Positions 1 to 13,864 of a stretch of 64,000 nucleotides of DNA are shown piece by piece. The DNA comes from Mobula hypostoma (taxonomy: Eukaryota). The stretch is from NCBI RefSeq assembly GCF_963921235.1, contig NC_086097.1:20586001-20650000 (forward strand). Direction: 5' to 3'. The notes below the pieces were generated by a model that was given only the letters and a program-made list of their open reading frames with translations, was not told where the DNA came from and made no database searches. Position numbers and translations under genes: made by a program. Each line of letters starts with the position of its first letter. Position 1 is the stretch's first letter.

Positions 1-2297
1 CGAAATCGTAAAAGGTATCAAGGTGGCAGGGATTGAACAGAAAGTGGCGTTATTCGCAGATGATGTTTTGGTCTATCTGAGTGAACCAGAAAAATCATTT
101 ATAGGATTGTTTACACTGTTGGATGACTTTGGGAAAATATCAGGTTATAAAATAAATGTCAAGAAAACGCAGGTTATGTCCCTAAATTATACACCATCCA
201 AAAAATTGCAGGATACATACGATCTTAAGTGGGAAGCTAAATCATTAAAATATTTAGGAATAACCCTGCCGAAGGATCTTTCAACACTGTCACAGGTAAA
301 TTATGGGCCATTAATCTCAGAGATAAAAGCAGATATGCATAGATGGAATCTTATCCCCTTTTTAAGTTTAAATTCAAGGATAAATACTATAAAAATGAAT
401 ATTCTTCCTCGGTTATTGTATCTTTTCCGTACTTTACTGGTGGAGGTGGATGATAATCAATTCACGGAATGGGACAAATGGATTTCCCGTTTCATTTGGC
501 AAGGAAAGAAACCTAGAATTCGATATAACACCTTACAGTTAGGGAAGGAAGGAGGAGGTATGGTTCTTCCTTGCCTGAGAAATTATTTTTATGCCTCACA
601 GATAACCCCTCTGTTATATTGGTGTAATAGGGAATATAAGGCTAGATGGAAGGAAATAGAATTTGGATTAGTTGACAGTTTTCCTCTACAGGCCTCAATA
701 GCTGACAAAGGTTTGATGGCCCAGTTGGAAAAATTTAAAAACAGTTGGATAAATCTTACATTAAAAGTATGGCAGAAGGTGGTTAATTCATGTGGAATTA
801 ATAACATGTTAAAACTCTTTAGATGGTGTGCATATGATACCGAATTCCTTCCCAACAGAGGAGATAAAAGATTTGAGCTATGGATAAAGAAAGGTCTTAC
901 AACCTACCTCTCATTTATAGATAAAAGAGTATTACAAAGTTTCCAAATCCTGCAGGACAAAGATGGCCTAGAACATAATGACTTTTTTAGGTACCTTCAA
1001 GTATGAAACTATGTTAACCAGAGTTGTAGATATACAGACCTATCAACAGTAGAATTAGAATTTTTCAAGATTCTGAATTCGGCTTGCAGTTCAATACCTA
1101 GTAAATCAGTTTCTCGCCTATATAATGCACTCTCCCATGCTAAAAATGTAAATACACTGTATATTAAAGAGAAGTGGGAGAAAGAAGCGGGGTTGATACT
1201 TTCAGAGGAGGCTTGGGGGAAAATCTGCAGCTTTCAATGGTCCTCGACTAATTCTTTGACTTGGAGAGAACATTGTTGGAAAAACATTATAAGATACTTG
1301 AAGACCCCATATCAGGAAAAATATAAAGATACAAACGTGACGTGTTGGAGAAGTTGCGGCTCCAAGGAGGCAAATCATTTTCATATTTTCTGGGATTGCC
1401 CTAAATTAAGTCTATATTGGGAAGGTATTCATAGAACATTAGTTAAGGTACTTAGGTCCCAGATACCTCTGAACTTTGAGACGCTCTATTTGGGGCATGT
1501 ATTGTTTCTTGAACAGAAGGAAGATATAAAGTTGCTGCAGGCCCTCTTAGCGGCAAGTAAGAAATCAATCACTAGAAAGTGGCTAAATCCAATACCACCT
1601 ACATTAGAAGATTGGCACGAAATTATCTTGGAAATATTTAAAATGGAAAAGTTGACTTATTCCCTGAGAATTCAAAAAGAAAAATTTTATCAAATCTGGA
1701 ATAAATGGATTGAATATATAACCCCTATGCGAGCAGACTTTAGATGACTCTCCTAATGATTTATACTGCTCTTCTCATCAACACAGTAATATTGCTAACG
1801 TAAGCACCCCTAGTCTAAATGTCTTTTTTTTTTGTTTTCTTTTGGAAAATAGAGAATTAACACAAGTAAAGGGAAAGATTTGGGAAAGAGATAAAAAATG
1901 AAAAAATTAAATAAGTACATAGGGATTGGATAATTATGTCTGCGGGCAGGAGCAAGCATGAACAAATTAGGATATAAACACCTACAATGGTTGTTACATA
2001 GCCTTATATACAACATTTTGGTCCAGTGGAAATGGTCCAGAAGAGTTATATGGAAACTATTATTACCATTTTTCTTAACAACTAATACCATTACTTAGCC
2101 TAATAGATTAGAATTACCACAGTACATAATTATCTATTTAAGTGTCTAATTTCCTTTTATATCATCTGAATGTGTACTTAAGAATGTATAAATAATTATA
2201 GTTTTATACATATAAAAAATGGAAAAGGTTATATGTGTGAAAAAGTACATAATATTTGTGAATTCCTTATCCAAATAAAAATAAAATTTTAAAAAAA
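1..2297 (+). mobile_element. L1-clade LINE, 3' part of ORF2 plus 3' UTR and A-rich tail
   Basis: RT motif LFADD and typical L1 RT C-terminal text in ORF 23..1006. Same-frame ORF 1193..1747 has a C-terminal zinc knuckle (CWRSCGSKEANHFHIFWDC). Ends in aataaaataaaattttaaaaaaa near 2274-2297. Confidence 0.9.
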
Positions 2298-3129
2298 GCA
2301 TATGGCTATCCAAGAGTCTCTTAAATGTTCCAAGTGTATCTGCCTCTCCCACTACCCCCGGCATCTACCGCTCTCTGTTTAAGTAAGACCTACCTCCACT
2401 CACCTAAATGGATTTTGCTATGTGGTTTTATTAGTGAGATGCCCAATTACCCTAAGGAAGAGCTAATATTTTCGACTCTTATCATGCGTGTGTTGGGGAT
2501 GACAATGTATTTCTGTCTCCATTGTTGATAGGGCATTCCTTCTGGATGGGAGTATAGCTCAACATACTCATAAACATCCACCCCCCCACCCCCTAAACAT
2601 ATTACACCAGCACACAAGTAGAGTGGGAAATGAGTGGATAATTACCACATCAATATTGCTTGATAACTTCACTGCTATAAATCATGGAGTCATATGGCAC
2701 AGAAACAGACCCAATAGCCCAACTTCCCATGACGTTGAAGATGTCGGCCTGACCTAGTTCCATTTGCCTGCATTTGGCCCTTATCCCTCCAAACCTTTCC
2801 TATCCATCTACCTGTCCAAATATATTTTATACATTGCAATAGTACCCACCTTTACCACTTCTTCTGGCAGCTAATGGGTGATGGGGATGAGAAGGTAGTG
2901 TATTTTGAGAAAAGTGTTTATCAATATTGTTTATTGTTATTTTCAGTAAACAAGTATAAAGGAGAACTACATGATTGTTACTCCAGATTCAATACAAGCA
3001 TAATAAGAATAAAGAGCAGAGTGAATAACAAAATAAATAAAAATGCATAAGATTAGCTCATATACCTAGACTGATTGTGTGTATGTAATGAGATGCTCGA
3101 TATAGGAGTATCTGTACATAAGGTGACTG

Positions 3130-3572
3130 ACAGGAAATGATAAAGTAGTACTGATGGGGGGTTGTGTGGTGGCATGGGTTAATGTGTGGTGGTGTTGATC
3201 AGCCTGATGGCTTGAGGGAAGTAACAGTTTTTGAGTCTGGGAATCTTAGCGTGGATGCTGTGTACCCTCTTTCCTGATGGGAATGAAAGCAACAGTCCAT
3301 GAGAAGGATGGGAGGGGATCCTTCATAAAATTTCTGGCCTTTTGCTGGCACCTTTCTATGTATATGTCCTTGATGGCAGGTAGGCTGGTGCTGGTGATGC
3401 ATCGGGCAGTTGAGCATTGTAGAGCCCTTCTGTCTGCCGCAGTGTGGTTACCATACAACGCAGAGGCGCAGCATGTCAGGGCGCTCTCAACTGCACATCT
3501 GCAGAGGGTCATGAGTATTGATGTGCTTAGTCCAGCTTTCTTGACTTGGACCTCCTCAGAAGGTCGAGGCAT
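3130..3572 (-). mobile_element. Degenerate Rex1/Babar-type LINE 3' fragment
   Basis: ORF 3246..3572 (CRCAVESALT...) resembles the C-terminal part of the Rex-type ORFs at 7566 and 54299. Confidence 0.65.
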
Positions 3573-4059
3573 TATCAGGCAATAAGGTTAAATTAAATGT
3601 TGACAAGAACTGGTCCTTTTATTTAAAAACAGCAGTGTTGATTGACATTGAATTCCTGGTGATACTTCTTCGCTGTGTCCTGCAGTTGGGCGTTAGAGGT
3701 TTGGTCTGAGGCTCCTCTCCACCCCAAACATGACAGAGCTGCCAAGGATTTTCACGGCAATCCTGTGTAAAACAAAGTAAGCTGCATTTGGAGCGAGCTT
3801 GAGGGTTACTGAGGGCCAGATCACCCTGCTGGTTTCAGGGAGCTTTAATGTTGTACTGTGGTAAATTCCATAAACGTTACAACTAACCACAAATAAAGTC
3901 ACAATTCAGATTATGTAAATTAGTATGGTTCAGGTGATGAGAGCAAAATAGGTGAGACATGACTGTCATCAAGGTGGCTGAGGTGGGAAATGTCTAACCT
4001 TGCTTTACAGCTGAAATACTTCCAGATGATAACAGCGTTCCCTTTTTGTTTCTTCATAG

Positions 4060-4101
4060 GGAACGTTCAGTAGCCCAGCAAATTTGAAAAAAACCTTCAA
4101 G
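4060..4101 (+). CDS. VIPAS39: VIPAS39 (SPE-39 homolog) internal coding exon, GTFSSPANLKKTFK
   Basis: Acceptor tcttcatAG, donor GTaagt, 42 nt, phase 0. Peptide resembles remembered human VIPAS39 GTFSSP.NLRKTFK. Confidence 0.9.
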
Positions 4102-4399
4102 GTAAGTTCTGCACCTTGATGTTAGCCTCTAAGGTGCAATCACTATTGATCCAGTAGCACTTCAAGATTCAAGATTCTAGTTTATTTATCACATGTTAAA
4201 ACTTACATTGAAATGCATAGTTCGCGTTAAAAACCATCACACCCAAGACTGTGCTGGGGCAGCCCATAAATGTTAGATTCCTTGCACCAACGTAGCAAAC
4301 ACACAATGCTCAGCAGAACAACGCAGAAGAGAACATGCAACGGCAGCCAATCAGGCCCCATTCCTCCCTCCCACCCTTGCAGATTCACGGTGCTCTAAC

Positions 4400-5680
4400 C
4401 AGTATGATAGAGCTGAGGATGAGCCAGCAGCTTTACAAGTAGACAGTGGGTGTAACATGAACGTAAGGATGGATAAACCAATGATTGGGTACAAATGCAG
4501 ACAGAGCAAAGAGTTAAATTGTGCTACATGGGCAAAATTTAAAAGAGCGAAGAATGCAGGACTAAAGGCAACCTCAAAAGTGGATAAATCACCTGGATCA
4601 GATGGACTACATCCCAGAGACCAAGGAGAGGTTGCTGACTAGTTAGCGAATGCAATGGTCATGATCTTTCAAGAATCATTTGATTCTGGCATAGTATGGA
4701 GGACTGGAAGATTGCAGATGTCAATCTACTCAGTAGGAAGGGAGGAAGGCAAAAGAAAGGAAATTAAAGGCCAAATATCCCAAGTGGTTGGGAAAGTGTT
4801 GGATCTATTATTAAGGATGAGGCTTCGTGGTACTTGGAGACTAATGATAAAATAAGTGAAAGTCATCATGGTTTGTGTCAAGGGGAATCTTGCCTGACAA
4901 ATCTGTTAGAGTTCTTCACAGAAGTAACAAGTAGAATGGACAAAGGATGGGCAGTGGATGCCATTTACTTGGATTTCAGAAAGCATTTGATAAGGTGCCT
5001 CATATGAGGTTGCTTAACAAGATAAAATCCTTTGTCGTTACAGGAAAGATACTGGCATGGATAGAGGAATGGCTGACAGGCAGGAGGTAGCGAGTGGGAA
5101 TAAAGGGGGACTTTTCTGGTTGGCTGCCAGTGACTAGTGGTGTTCCTCAGGGGTCAGTATTGGGACCCCTACTTTTCACATTGTTTGTCAGTGATTTGGA
5201 TAATGGAATTGATGGCTTTGTGGCAAAGTTTGCGGGTGATACGAAGATAGGTGGAGGGGCAGGTCGTGTTGAAGAAGCAATGTAATTGCAGCAGGACTTA
5301 GACAAATTGGAAGAATGGGCAAAAAACTGTCAGATGGAGTACAGTGTTGGGAAATTATGATAATGCATTTTGGTAAAAGGAAGAATAGTGCGGAGTATTA
5401 TCTAAATGGGGAGAAGATTCAAACGTTAGAAGTGCGGAGAGACTTAGGAGTCCTTGTGCAAGACTCCCAGAAGGTTAATTTGCAGTTGAATCTATAGTAA
5501 AGAAGGCAAATGCAATGTTTGCATTTATTTCAAGAGGACTAGAATATAAAAGCAAGGAGGTAATGCTGAGGTTTTATAAGACGCTAGTCAGACCACGCTT
5601 GAAGTATTGTCAACAGTTTTGGACCCCATAACTCAGAAAGGATGTGTTGTCATTGGAGAGAGTCCAGAGCAGGTACATGA
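4400..5680 (+). mobile_element. Degenerate CR1 LINE ORF2 fragment
   Basis: KVDKSPGSDGLHPR, SGVPQGSVLGPLLF and a FAGD (degenerate FADD) motif spread over frameshifted ORFs. Confidence 0.85.
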
Positions 5681-5684
5681 GGAA

Positions 5685-8600
5685 CCTGGTGGTGCGGGTC
5701 ATGAGGTTCTTGTACCTTCTACCTGATGGCAGCTGCAAGAAAAGAGCATGGCCTGGGTGGTGGTGATCTCTGATGATGGATGCTGCTTTCCTTCGACAGC
5801 ATTTCATGTAGATGTGCTCAATGGCTGGGTGGGCTTTACCTGTGATGTACTTGGTCAAATCCACTACCTTTTGTTAGATTTTCCATTCAAAGGTATTGCT
5901 GTTTCCATATTAGGCTGTGATGCAGCCAGTCAGTACACTCTGCACTACACATTTGTAGAAATTTGTCAAAGTTTTCGAAGTCAAGTGGAATCTTTGCAAG
6001 GAAGTAGAGGCGCTGCCGTGCTTTCTTTGCAATTGCACTTACGTGCTGGGTCCAGGACAGATTCTCTGAAGTAGTAACACCCACAGGATTTTAAAGTTGC
6101 TAACCCCCTCTCCACCTCTGATCCTCCGATGAGGACTAGCTCATGGACCTCTGGTTTCCCTCCCCTGAAGTCTGCAACCAGTTCCTTGGTCTGCTGTTAT
6201 GACATCGCTCAGCCAAATTTTCAATCTCCCTCCTGTATGCTGATTCATCACCGCCTTTGATTCAGCCCACAACAGTGGTGTCATTAGCCAACTTGAATAT
6301 GGTTTGGAGCTGTGCTTAGCCACACAGTCATAAGTTGAAAGTGAGTAGAGCTGGGGGTTAAGCACACAGCCTTGTGGTGCACTTGTGCTGATAGAGATTG
6401 TGAAGGAGGTGTTTCCCAGTCTGGACTGACTGGGGTCTACAAGTGAGGAAATCCAGGATCCAATTGCACAAGGATTCTTGGAGCTTATTGATTACGTTTA
6501 AGGGGATGATGGTCTTGAATGCTGAGCTGTAGTCAATAAAGAGCATCCTTATGTATGTATCTTTGCTGTTCATGTGTTCCAAGATTGAGTGAAGAGCCAA
6601 TGATCTGCTGTGGACCTGTTGCTCCGGTAGGCAAATTGGAGTGGGTCCACGTCATCTCTCAGACAGGAGTTGATATCTTTCATCACTAGCCTTTCAAAAC
6701 ACTTAAATCCCTGTGGATGTAGGTACAACTGGGTGATACTCAATGAGGCAGGTCACTGCTCTTTTCTTGGGCACCAGTATAATTGAAGCCTACTTGAAGC
6801 AAGTAGGTACCACACAGTGCTGAAGTGAGAGGTTAAAGATCTCAGTGAACGCACCAGCCAGTTGGGCAGCTCTTTAGTACGTGGCCAGGTACTCCATCCA
6901 GTCCAGATGCTGTCCATGGATTCATCCTCCTGAAGGCAGTCCACACATCAGCTTCAGAGACTGAGATCAGAGGATCATCAGGAGATGTGGGGGTTTGCAG
7001 TGGTTCCTCCATGTTCTGACAGTCACAGCGAATATAGAAGGCATTGAGCTCATCTGGAAGCGAAGCCCTGATGTCTCCCATGTCGCTTGTTTTAGCTTTG
7101 TCGGAGGTGGTAGCTTTCAAGCTCGGCCACAGCTGTTGAGCATCCCTTGTTGATTCATTTTGGTCTGGAATCTCCACTTCGCCCGTGAGGTGGCTTCCCA
7201 GAGGTCATACCTGCACCTTTTGTAGCTTTCTTGGTCTCCAGACTTGAACGCCTCTGATCTGACCTTCAGCAAATTTCAGATCTCATGGTTCATCCAGAGC
7301 TCCTGTTTGGGGAAGATCTGAATGATTTAGTTTGGACACCTTATACTTTATACTTTTATTGTCACCAAACAATTGATACTAGAACGTACAATCATCACAG
7401 CGATATTTGATTCTGTGCTTCCCGCTTCCTGGAGTACAAATTGATGGTAAATATTAAAAATTTAAATTATAAATCATAAATAGAAAATAGAAAACGGAAA
7501 GTAAGGTAGCGCAAAAAGTCGGAGAGGCAGGTCTGGATACTTGGAGGGTACGGCCCAGATCTGGGTCAGGATCCATTCAGCAGTCTTATCACAATTGGAA
7601 AAAAGCTGTTCCCAAATCTGGCCGTACGAGTCTTCAAGCTCCTGAACCTTCTCCTGGAGAGAAGATGGATGAAAAGTGTGTTGGCTGGGTGGGTCGTGTC
7701 CTTGACTATCCTGGCAGCACTGCTCCGACAGCGTGCGGTGTAAAGTGAGTCCAAGGACGGAAGATTGGTTTGTGTGATGTGCTGCGCCATGTTCACGATC
7801 TTCTGCAGTTTCTTTCGGTCTTGGACAGGACAACTTCCATACCAGGTTGTGATGCACCCTAGAAGAATGCTTTCTATGGTGCATCTATAAAAATTAGTGA
7901 GCGTTTTAGGGGACAGGCCAAATTTCTTTAGTTTTCTCAGGAAGTAAAGGCGCTGTTTGGCCTTCTTGGCAGTGAACTCTGCTTGGTGGGACCAAGTCAG
8001 GTCATTTGTGATATTGACCCTGGGGAACTTAAAGCTTTTGACCTGTTCCACTTGCGCACCACCGATTTAAATTTAAACTACTCCTTCTGAAGTCAACAAC
8101 CAATTCCTTCATCTTGCTGACGTTGAGGGATAGGTTATTGTCTTCGCACCATGCCACCAGGTTCTTAATTTCCTCTCTGTGCTCAAACTCAACATTACCC
8201 GAGATACGGCCTACAATTGTTGTGTCATCAGCAAACTTATATATTGAGTTCAATGGAAACCTGGTTACACAATCATGGGTGTACAGTGAGTACAGCAGGG
8301 TGCTGAGTACACACTCATCTAAAATCCGTTGTAACCATGGAGTACTCATTCAGATCTCTAGATGAGTGCCTGACACAGCTCAATCCACCGACTCAAAGCA
8401 ATCCCATAATTGTTCCTCTGTCTCCCACAGCCATCTCTTAGTTGTCTAATTTCTGGACCTTTGCTTTTTAGGCAGGAAAGAGGAGGACAGCCAAATGATC
8501 CGATTTACCAAAACACCGTCTGGGCAAGGAACAGATGGCATTGCTTAACTTAGTGTAACAGTGGTCTTGTATGTTGGGACCTCTGGTGCTACAGGTTATA

Positions 8601-9075
8601 TGCTGGTGATTATTAGGCAGGGATTCTTCAAACAGGCCTGGTTGAAGTCTCTGAATATAATTTGAAATGCATCGGAATGGTCTATTTCTTATCTGCAGAC
8701 GACATCATGCAGTGTCGCGAGTGCTTGATTATAGTTGGCCGCTGGCGGTGTATAAGCTGCCGTCAGGATCACGGATGGGAACTCCAGAAGTAAAGAGAAT
8801 GATCTGCATTTGACCATTAAGTGTTCCAAGTCAGGGGAACATGAGTTCGACAGAGCCGCCACTTCGGCGTACCTACGAGAGTTAACCATAAAACACACAC
8901 CTCCTCCCTTTGTCTTACCCGAGTCCGCAGTTCAGTCTATTCTGTAAATTGTGAGTCCTTCCGGTCTGACTGCAGCATCCAGTGTGTCTGTAGATAACCA
9001 AGTTTTGATGCAGCAAACAATTGAGATGTTTCTCATCTGCCTCTGATTCAGCAGTCTTGCCCTCAGATCTTCAGT
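5685..9075 (-). mobile_element. Rex1/Babar-type LINE (degenerate), with a younger Rex-type 3' fragment nested at about 7340-8310
   Basis: Fragments [28 protein letters not shown] and YRCTIESIL. The older copy breaks at about 7339 and resumes at about 8311. Confidence 0.8.
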
Positions 9076-9659
9076 TCCACTTAGTCACAGGGGTACATCC
9101 AAACTCCACATAGTCGGCACCGGAAGTCAGGATGGAACCTGGGTCTCTGGAACTGTGAAACCACAGGTGTGCTGACTGCCATGTGCATGCTTCAGGTGCC
9201 TTCCTAGAAGAGGATACCAATTGCAATCAGTAACGGCGACCTTGCCTGTGTCTTTTAGTTCTTTGCTAGTACTGTACCTGCAACTGATGTATTCCTCCTG
9301 TCACCCCAGCATGGAGCGGCTAAAACATGGTCATCTAATAGAAAGGTAATCTGTCCAGAAAGCAACACAACACTTCAAGACTCAGTTAGAATTCATTTTT
9401 GAATTTATGAATTCTCAAGTTAGAATTTATTTCATATTACAGATGAAATAAATACAGATAGAACACCTGAGATATACAAAGAAAAACAATGAACATAAAC
9501 TGCAGATGCTGGAAATCTGAAATAAAAATAGTAAATACTCTGCAGATCAAGCAGCAGCTGTGGAGAGAGAAACAGTTGATATTTCTGGTCATTGACCTTC
9601 CATCGGAACTGGAAAATTGAGAAAGCAAATGAAGGATGGTTATTATGTTGAATACAAAT

Positions 9660-11770
9660 AGAAACCATAGAAACTACAGCACAGAAACAGGCCTTTTGGC
9701 CCTCCTTGGCTGTGCCGAACCATTTTCTGCCTAGTCCCACTGACCTGCACATGGACCATATCCCTCCATACACCTCCCATCCATGTATCTGTCCAATTTA
9801 TTCTTAAATGTTACAAAAGAACCGCATTTACCACCTCGTCTGGCAGCTCATTCCACACTCCCAGCACTCTCTGTGTGAAGAAGCCCCCCCTAATGTTCCC
9901 TTTAAACTTTTCCCCCCTCACCGTTAACCCATGTCCTCTGGTTTTTTTCTCCCCTTGCCTCAGTGGAAAAAGCCTGCTTGCATTCACTCTATCTATACCC
10001 ATCATAATTTTATATACCTCTATCAAATCTCCCCTCATTCTTCTACGCTCCGGGGAATAAAGTCCTAACCTATTCAACCTTTCTCTATAACTGAGTTTCT
10101 CAAGTCCTGGCAACATCCTTGTAAACCTTCTCTGCACTCTTTCAACCTTATTTATATCCTTCCTGTAATTTGGTGACCAAAACTGAACACAATACTCCAG
10201 ATTCGGCCTCACCAATGCCTTATACAACCTCATCATAACATTCCAGCTCTTATACTCAATACTTCAATTAATAAAGGCCAATGTACCAAAAGCTCTCTTT
10301 ACGACCCTATCTACCTGTGACGACACTTTTAGGGAATTTTGTATCTGTATTCCCAGATCCCTCTGTTCCACTGCACTCCTCAGTGCCTTACCATTAACCC
10401 TGTATGTTCTACATTGGTATGTCCTTCCAACATGCAATACCTCACACTTATCAGTATTAAACTCCATCTGCCATTTTTCAGCCCATTTTTCCAGCTGGTC
10501 CAAGTCCCTCTGCAGGCTCTGAAAACCTTCCTCATTGTCTACTACACCTCCAATCTTTGTATCATCAACAAACTTGCTGATCCAATTTACCACATTATCA
10601 TCCAGATCATTGATGTAGATGACAAATAACAATGGACCCAGCACTGATCCCTGTGGCACACCACTAGTCATAGGCCTCCACTCAGAGAAGCAATTCTCTA
10701 CCACCACTCTCTGGCTTCTTCCATCGAGCCAATGTCTAATCCAATTTACCACCTCTCCATGTATACCTAGCGACTGAATTTTCCTAACTAACCTCCCATG
10801 CGGGACCTTGTCAAAGGCCTTACTGAAGTCCATGTAGACAATATCCACTGCCTTCCCTTCATCCACTTTCCTGGTAACCTCCTTGAAAAACTCCAACAGA
10901 TTGGTCAAACATGACCTACCATGCACAAAGCCATGTTGACTCTCCCTAATAAGCCCCTGTCTATCCAAATGCTTGTAGATTCTGTCTCTTAGTACTCCCT
11001 CCAATAACTTACCTACTACTGACGTTAAACTCACCGGCCTATAATTTCCCGGATTACTTTTCGATCCTTTTTTAAACAACGGAACAACATGAGCCACTCT
11101 CCAATCCTCTGGCACTTCACCCGTAGACAGCGACATTTTAAATACTTCTGCCAGGGCCCCCGCAATTTCAACACTAGTCTCCTTCAAGGTCCGAGGGAAC
11201 ACTCTGTCAGGTCCTGAGGATTTATCCACTTTAATTTTCCTCAAGACAGCAAGCACCTCCTCCTTTTTAATCTGTACACTTTCCATGGTCTCACTACTTG
11301 ATTCCCTCAATTCCATAGATTTCATGCCAGCTTCCTTAGTAAATGCAGATGCAAAAAATCTACTTAAGATCTCCCCCATTTCCTTTGGTTCCGCACAAAG
11401 CCGACCACTCTGATCTTCAAGAGGACCAATTTTATCCCTTACAATCCTTTTGCTCTTAATATACTTGTAAAAGCTCTATGGATTATCCTTCATTTCAACT
11501 GCCAAGGCAACCTCATGTCTTCTTTTAGCCCTCCTGATTTCTTTCTTAAGTATTTTCTTGCACTTCTTGTACTCCTCAAGCACCTGATTTACCCCCCATT
11601 TCCTATACATTTCATACAACTCCCTCTTCTTCTTTATCAGAGTTGCAATATCCCTTGAGAACCAAGGTTCCTTATTCCTATTCAATTTGCCTTTAATCCT
11701 GACAGGAACATACAAACTCTGCACTCTCAAAATTTCCCCTTTGAAGGCTTCCCACCTACCAATCACATCT
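9660..11770 (-). mobile_element. Relatively young, 5'-truncated CR1 LINE (RT region and 3' end)
   Basis: 371-aa ORF 10264..11379 with NYRPVSLTS, DFSKAFDKV, GVPQGSVLGP and KFVDD, continued by ORF 9811..10236. Short-repeat 3' tail near 9660-9675. Confidence 0.95.
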
Positions 11771-12279
11771 TGAATGATGAAAGTTTAAAGACTTAATGCT
11801 GTTTCTCTCTCCATGGGTGCTGCCTGTTCTGCTGAGTAGTTTTCAGCAGGTTTTGTTTTTATTTCAGAATTCCAACAGCTGCATGATGTAGTTGGGCATG
11901 TAAGAATGAAAGGTTGCAGCTGGAATCAGAGAGGACTAAAAACAACTTGTGTTTCTATGAGGACCATTAAAGTAAAAATGTGAGAGAGTCCTGTTCAGTG
12001 TAGGCGGTGTCATGACTGTGAACGTAGTTGCTGGAGAGACGCAGCTGGTAGATGTATAAGTCTTTATTTGGGACACACAAAAACTGACAGCCTTTGGAGT
12101 CACTCAAGAGAGAGGCTCCCCAATCCAATGTTACAGCACTTTTTTAATGTTAAAGAACAAAAGTAACAGGATAATTTCTATAGTTACAATGACCACAAGA
12201 TGTTTCTTTTGAGTTGCATGTAATTTTTCAAATGCCTGGATTTTCCCACCAATACACCCAAAATAAGAGTTAATTACTA

Positions 12280-12683
12280 TGTCTTTTCTCCTTGGAGCAA
12301 TGGGGGATGAGAGGTGACTTGATAGAGGTGTACAAGATAATGAGAGGCATTGATCGTGTGGATAGTCAGAGGCTTTTTCCCAGGGCTGAATTGGCTAGCA
12401 CAAGAGGGCATAGTTTTAAGGTGCCTGGAAGTAGGTACAGAGGAGATGTCAGGGTTAAGTTTTTCACGCAGGAAGTGGTGAGTGCGTGGAATGGGCTGCT
12501 GGCGGCAGTGGTGGAGGCGGAAACGATAGGGTCTTTTAAGAGACTCCTGGATGGCTACATGGAACTAAGAAGAATAGAGGGCTATGGGTAAAGTCGAGGT
12601 AGTTCTAAGGTAGGGACATGTTCAGCACAGCTTTGTGGGCTGAAGGGCCTGTATTGTGCTGTATGTTTTCTATGTTTCTATGT
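12280..12683 (+). mobile_element. CR1 LINE 3' end
   Basis: RGDLIEVYKIMRG...TRGH peptide and tatgtttc-type repeat tail at 12662-12683. Confidence 0.85.
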
Positions 12684-13002
12684 ATCTGAGTCATATTCAT
12701 GCAGTGGAGTTTTAATTGCATTCATGCATATGCAGACATATCAAGTCAGTTGGATGTTTCCTGGTCTGCAATTTACTCTAAAATGCGGCTTCAGGAAGAC
12801 CATTGTTCCAATCTGCATTTTAAGTTCAATCTACAATTGTTATTCAGATCTGAAGACTGGTGGCTTTTGAAATTAATAGGTGCTATATTGCGCCTCCAAA
12901 ATACACTCTGAAAGGTGGATTATACACTTATGTCATATGTTTAAATTTCTATTTTCATTATGATAATAGGAATACTGTATATTATTTCTGCTTTTGTTTT
13001 AG

Positions 13003-13092
13003 ATTTCAGACAAACAGTACTTACTTACTGCACTGGCAGCCCGTGCCAAACTGAAGGCTTGGAAAGACGTTGATAGCCTATTTATTACAAAG
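13003..13092 (+). CDS. VIPAS39: VIPAS39 coding exon, [30 protein letters not shown]
   Basis: Acceptor ttttgttttAG, donor GTatca, 90 nt, phase 0. Strong resemblance to the human VIPAS39 C-terminal region. Confidence 0.95.
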
Positions 13093-13336
13093 GTATCATT
13101 TAAATTAATCACAATTTGTAGAATCACAGAACTGTTACAACTCAGAAAAGGAAGCCATTTGGTCCATCATATTCGTAATAGCTCTTTGCACTCTGCATGT
13201 AGCTCTGCAAATTATTTCCCCTTGTACCTCTGCAGTTTCCTTTATTAATGCCCCAATTGATTCTGTTTTCAGTACCCCAGAGACAGTAACTGTTAACTCA
13301 AAATCACATGAAAACAACCACAAGAAATTCTGCAGA

Positions 13337-13864
13337 CACGAGGAAATCTGCAGATGCTGGAATTTCAAGCAACACACATAAAAGTTGCAGGTGAATGCAG
13401 CAGGCCAGGCAGCATCTGCGATGCCGATGGCATGAACATTGACGTCTCTAACTTCCGTTAATGCCCCACCTCTCCCTCGTACCACATCCGTTATTTATTT
13501 ACATACTTATTATTATATATACATACATATATATTCTTTTTCTCTCCCTCTGTCCCTCTCACTATACTCCTTGCCCATCCTCTGGGCTTCCCCCCTCCCC
13601 CTTTTCTTTCTCCCTAGGCCTCCCATCCTATGATCCTCTCATATCTCTTTTGCCAATCACCTGTCCAGTTCTTGGCTCCATCCCTCCCCCTCCTGTCTTC
13701 TCCTATCATTTTGGATCTCCCCCCGCCCCCCCCACTTTCAAATCGCTTACTAGCTCTTCTTTCAGTTAGTCCTGACGAAGGGTCTCGGCCCAAAATGTCG
13801 ACTGTACCTCTTCCTATAGATGCTGCCTGGCCTGCTGTGTTCACCAGCAACTTTTATGTATGCT
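13337..13864. mobile_element. Penelope-like element terminal fragment (short inverted end plus forward 3' end) inserted into an older Penelope terminus
   Basis: Sequence matches the 3' end of the element at 42540-42962. Flanked by near-identical 17-mers at 13320-13336 and 13865-13881. Confidence 0.75.

Noticed and set aside
1004..1006. Selenocysteine or programmed read-through at the in-frame TGA
   Set aside because: It lies in an L1 ORF2, is most simply a CGA to TGA CpG mutation, and I recognised no SECIS.
3660..3900. Possible intronic snoRNA or conserved element upstream of the first VIPAS39 exon
   Set aside because: The sequence looks non-repetitive, but I could not place convincing C/D or H/ACA boxes with stems. 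An Rfam search would be needed.
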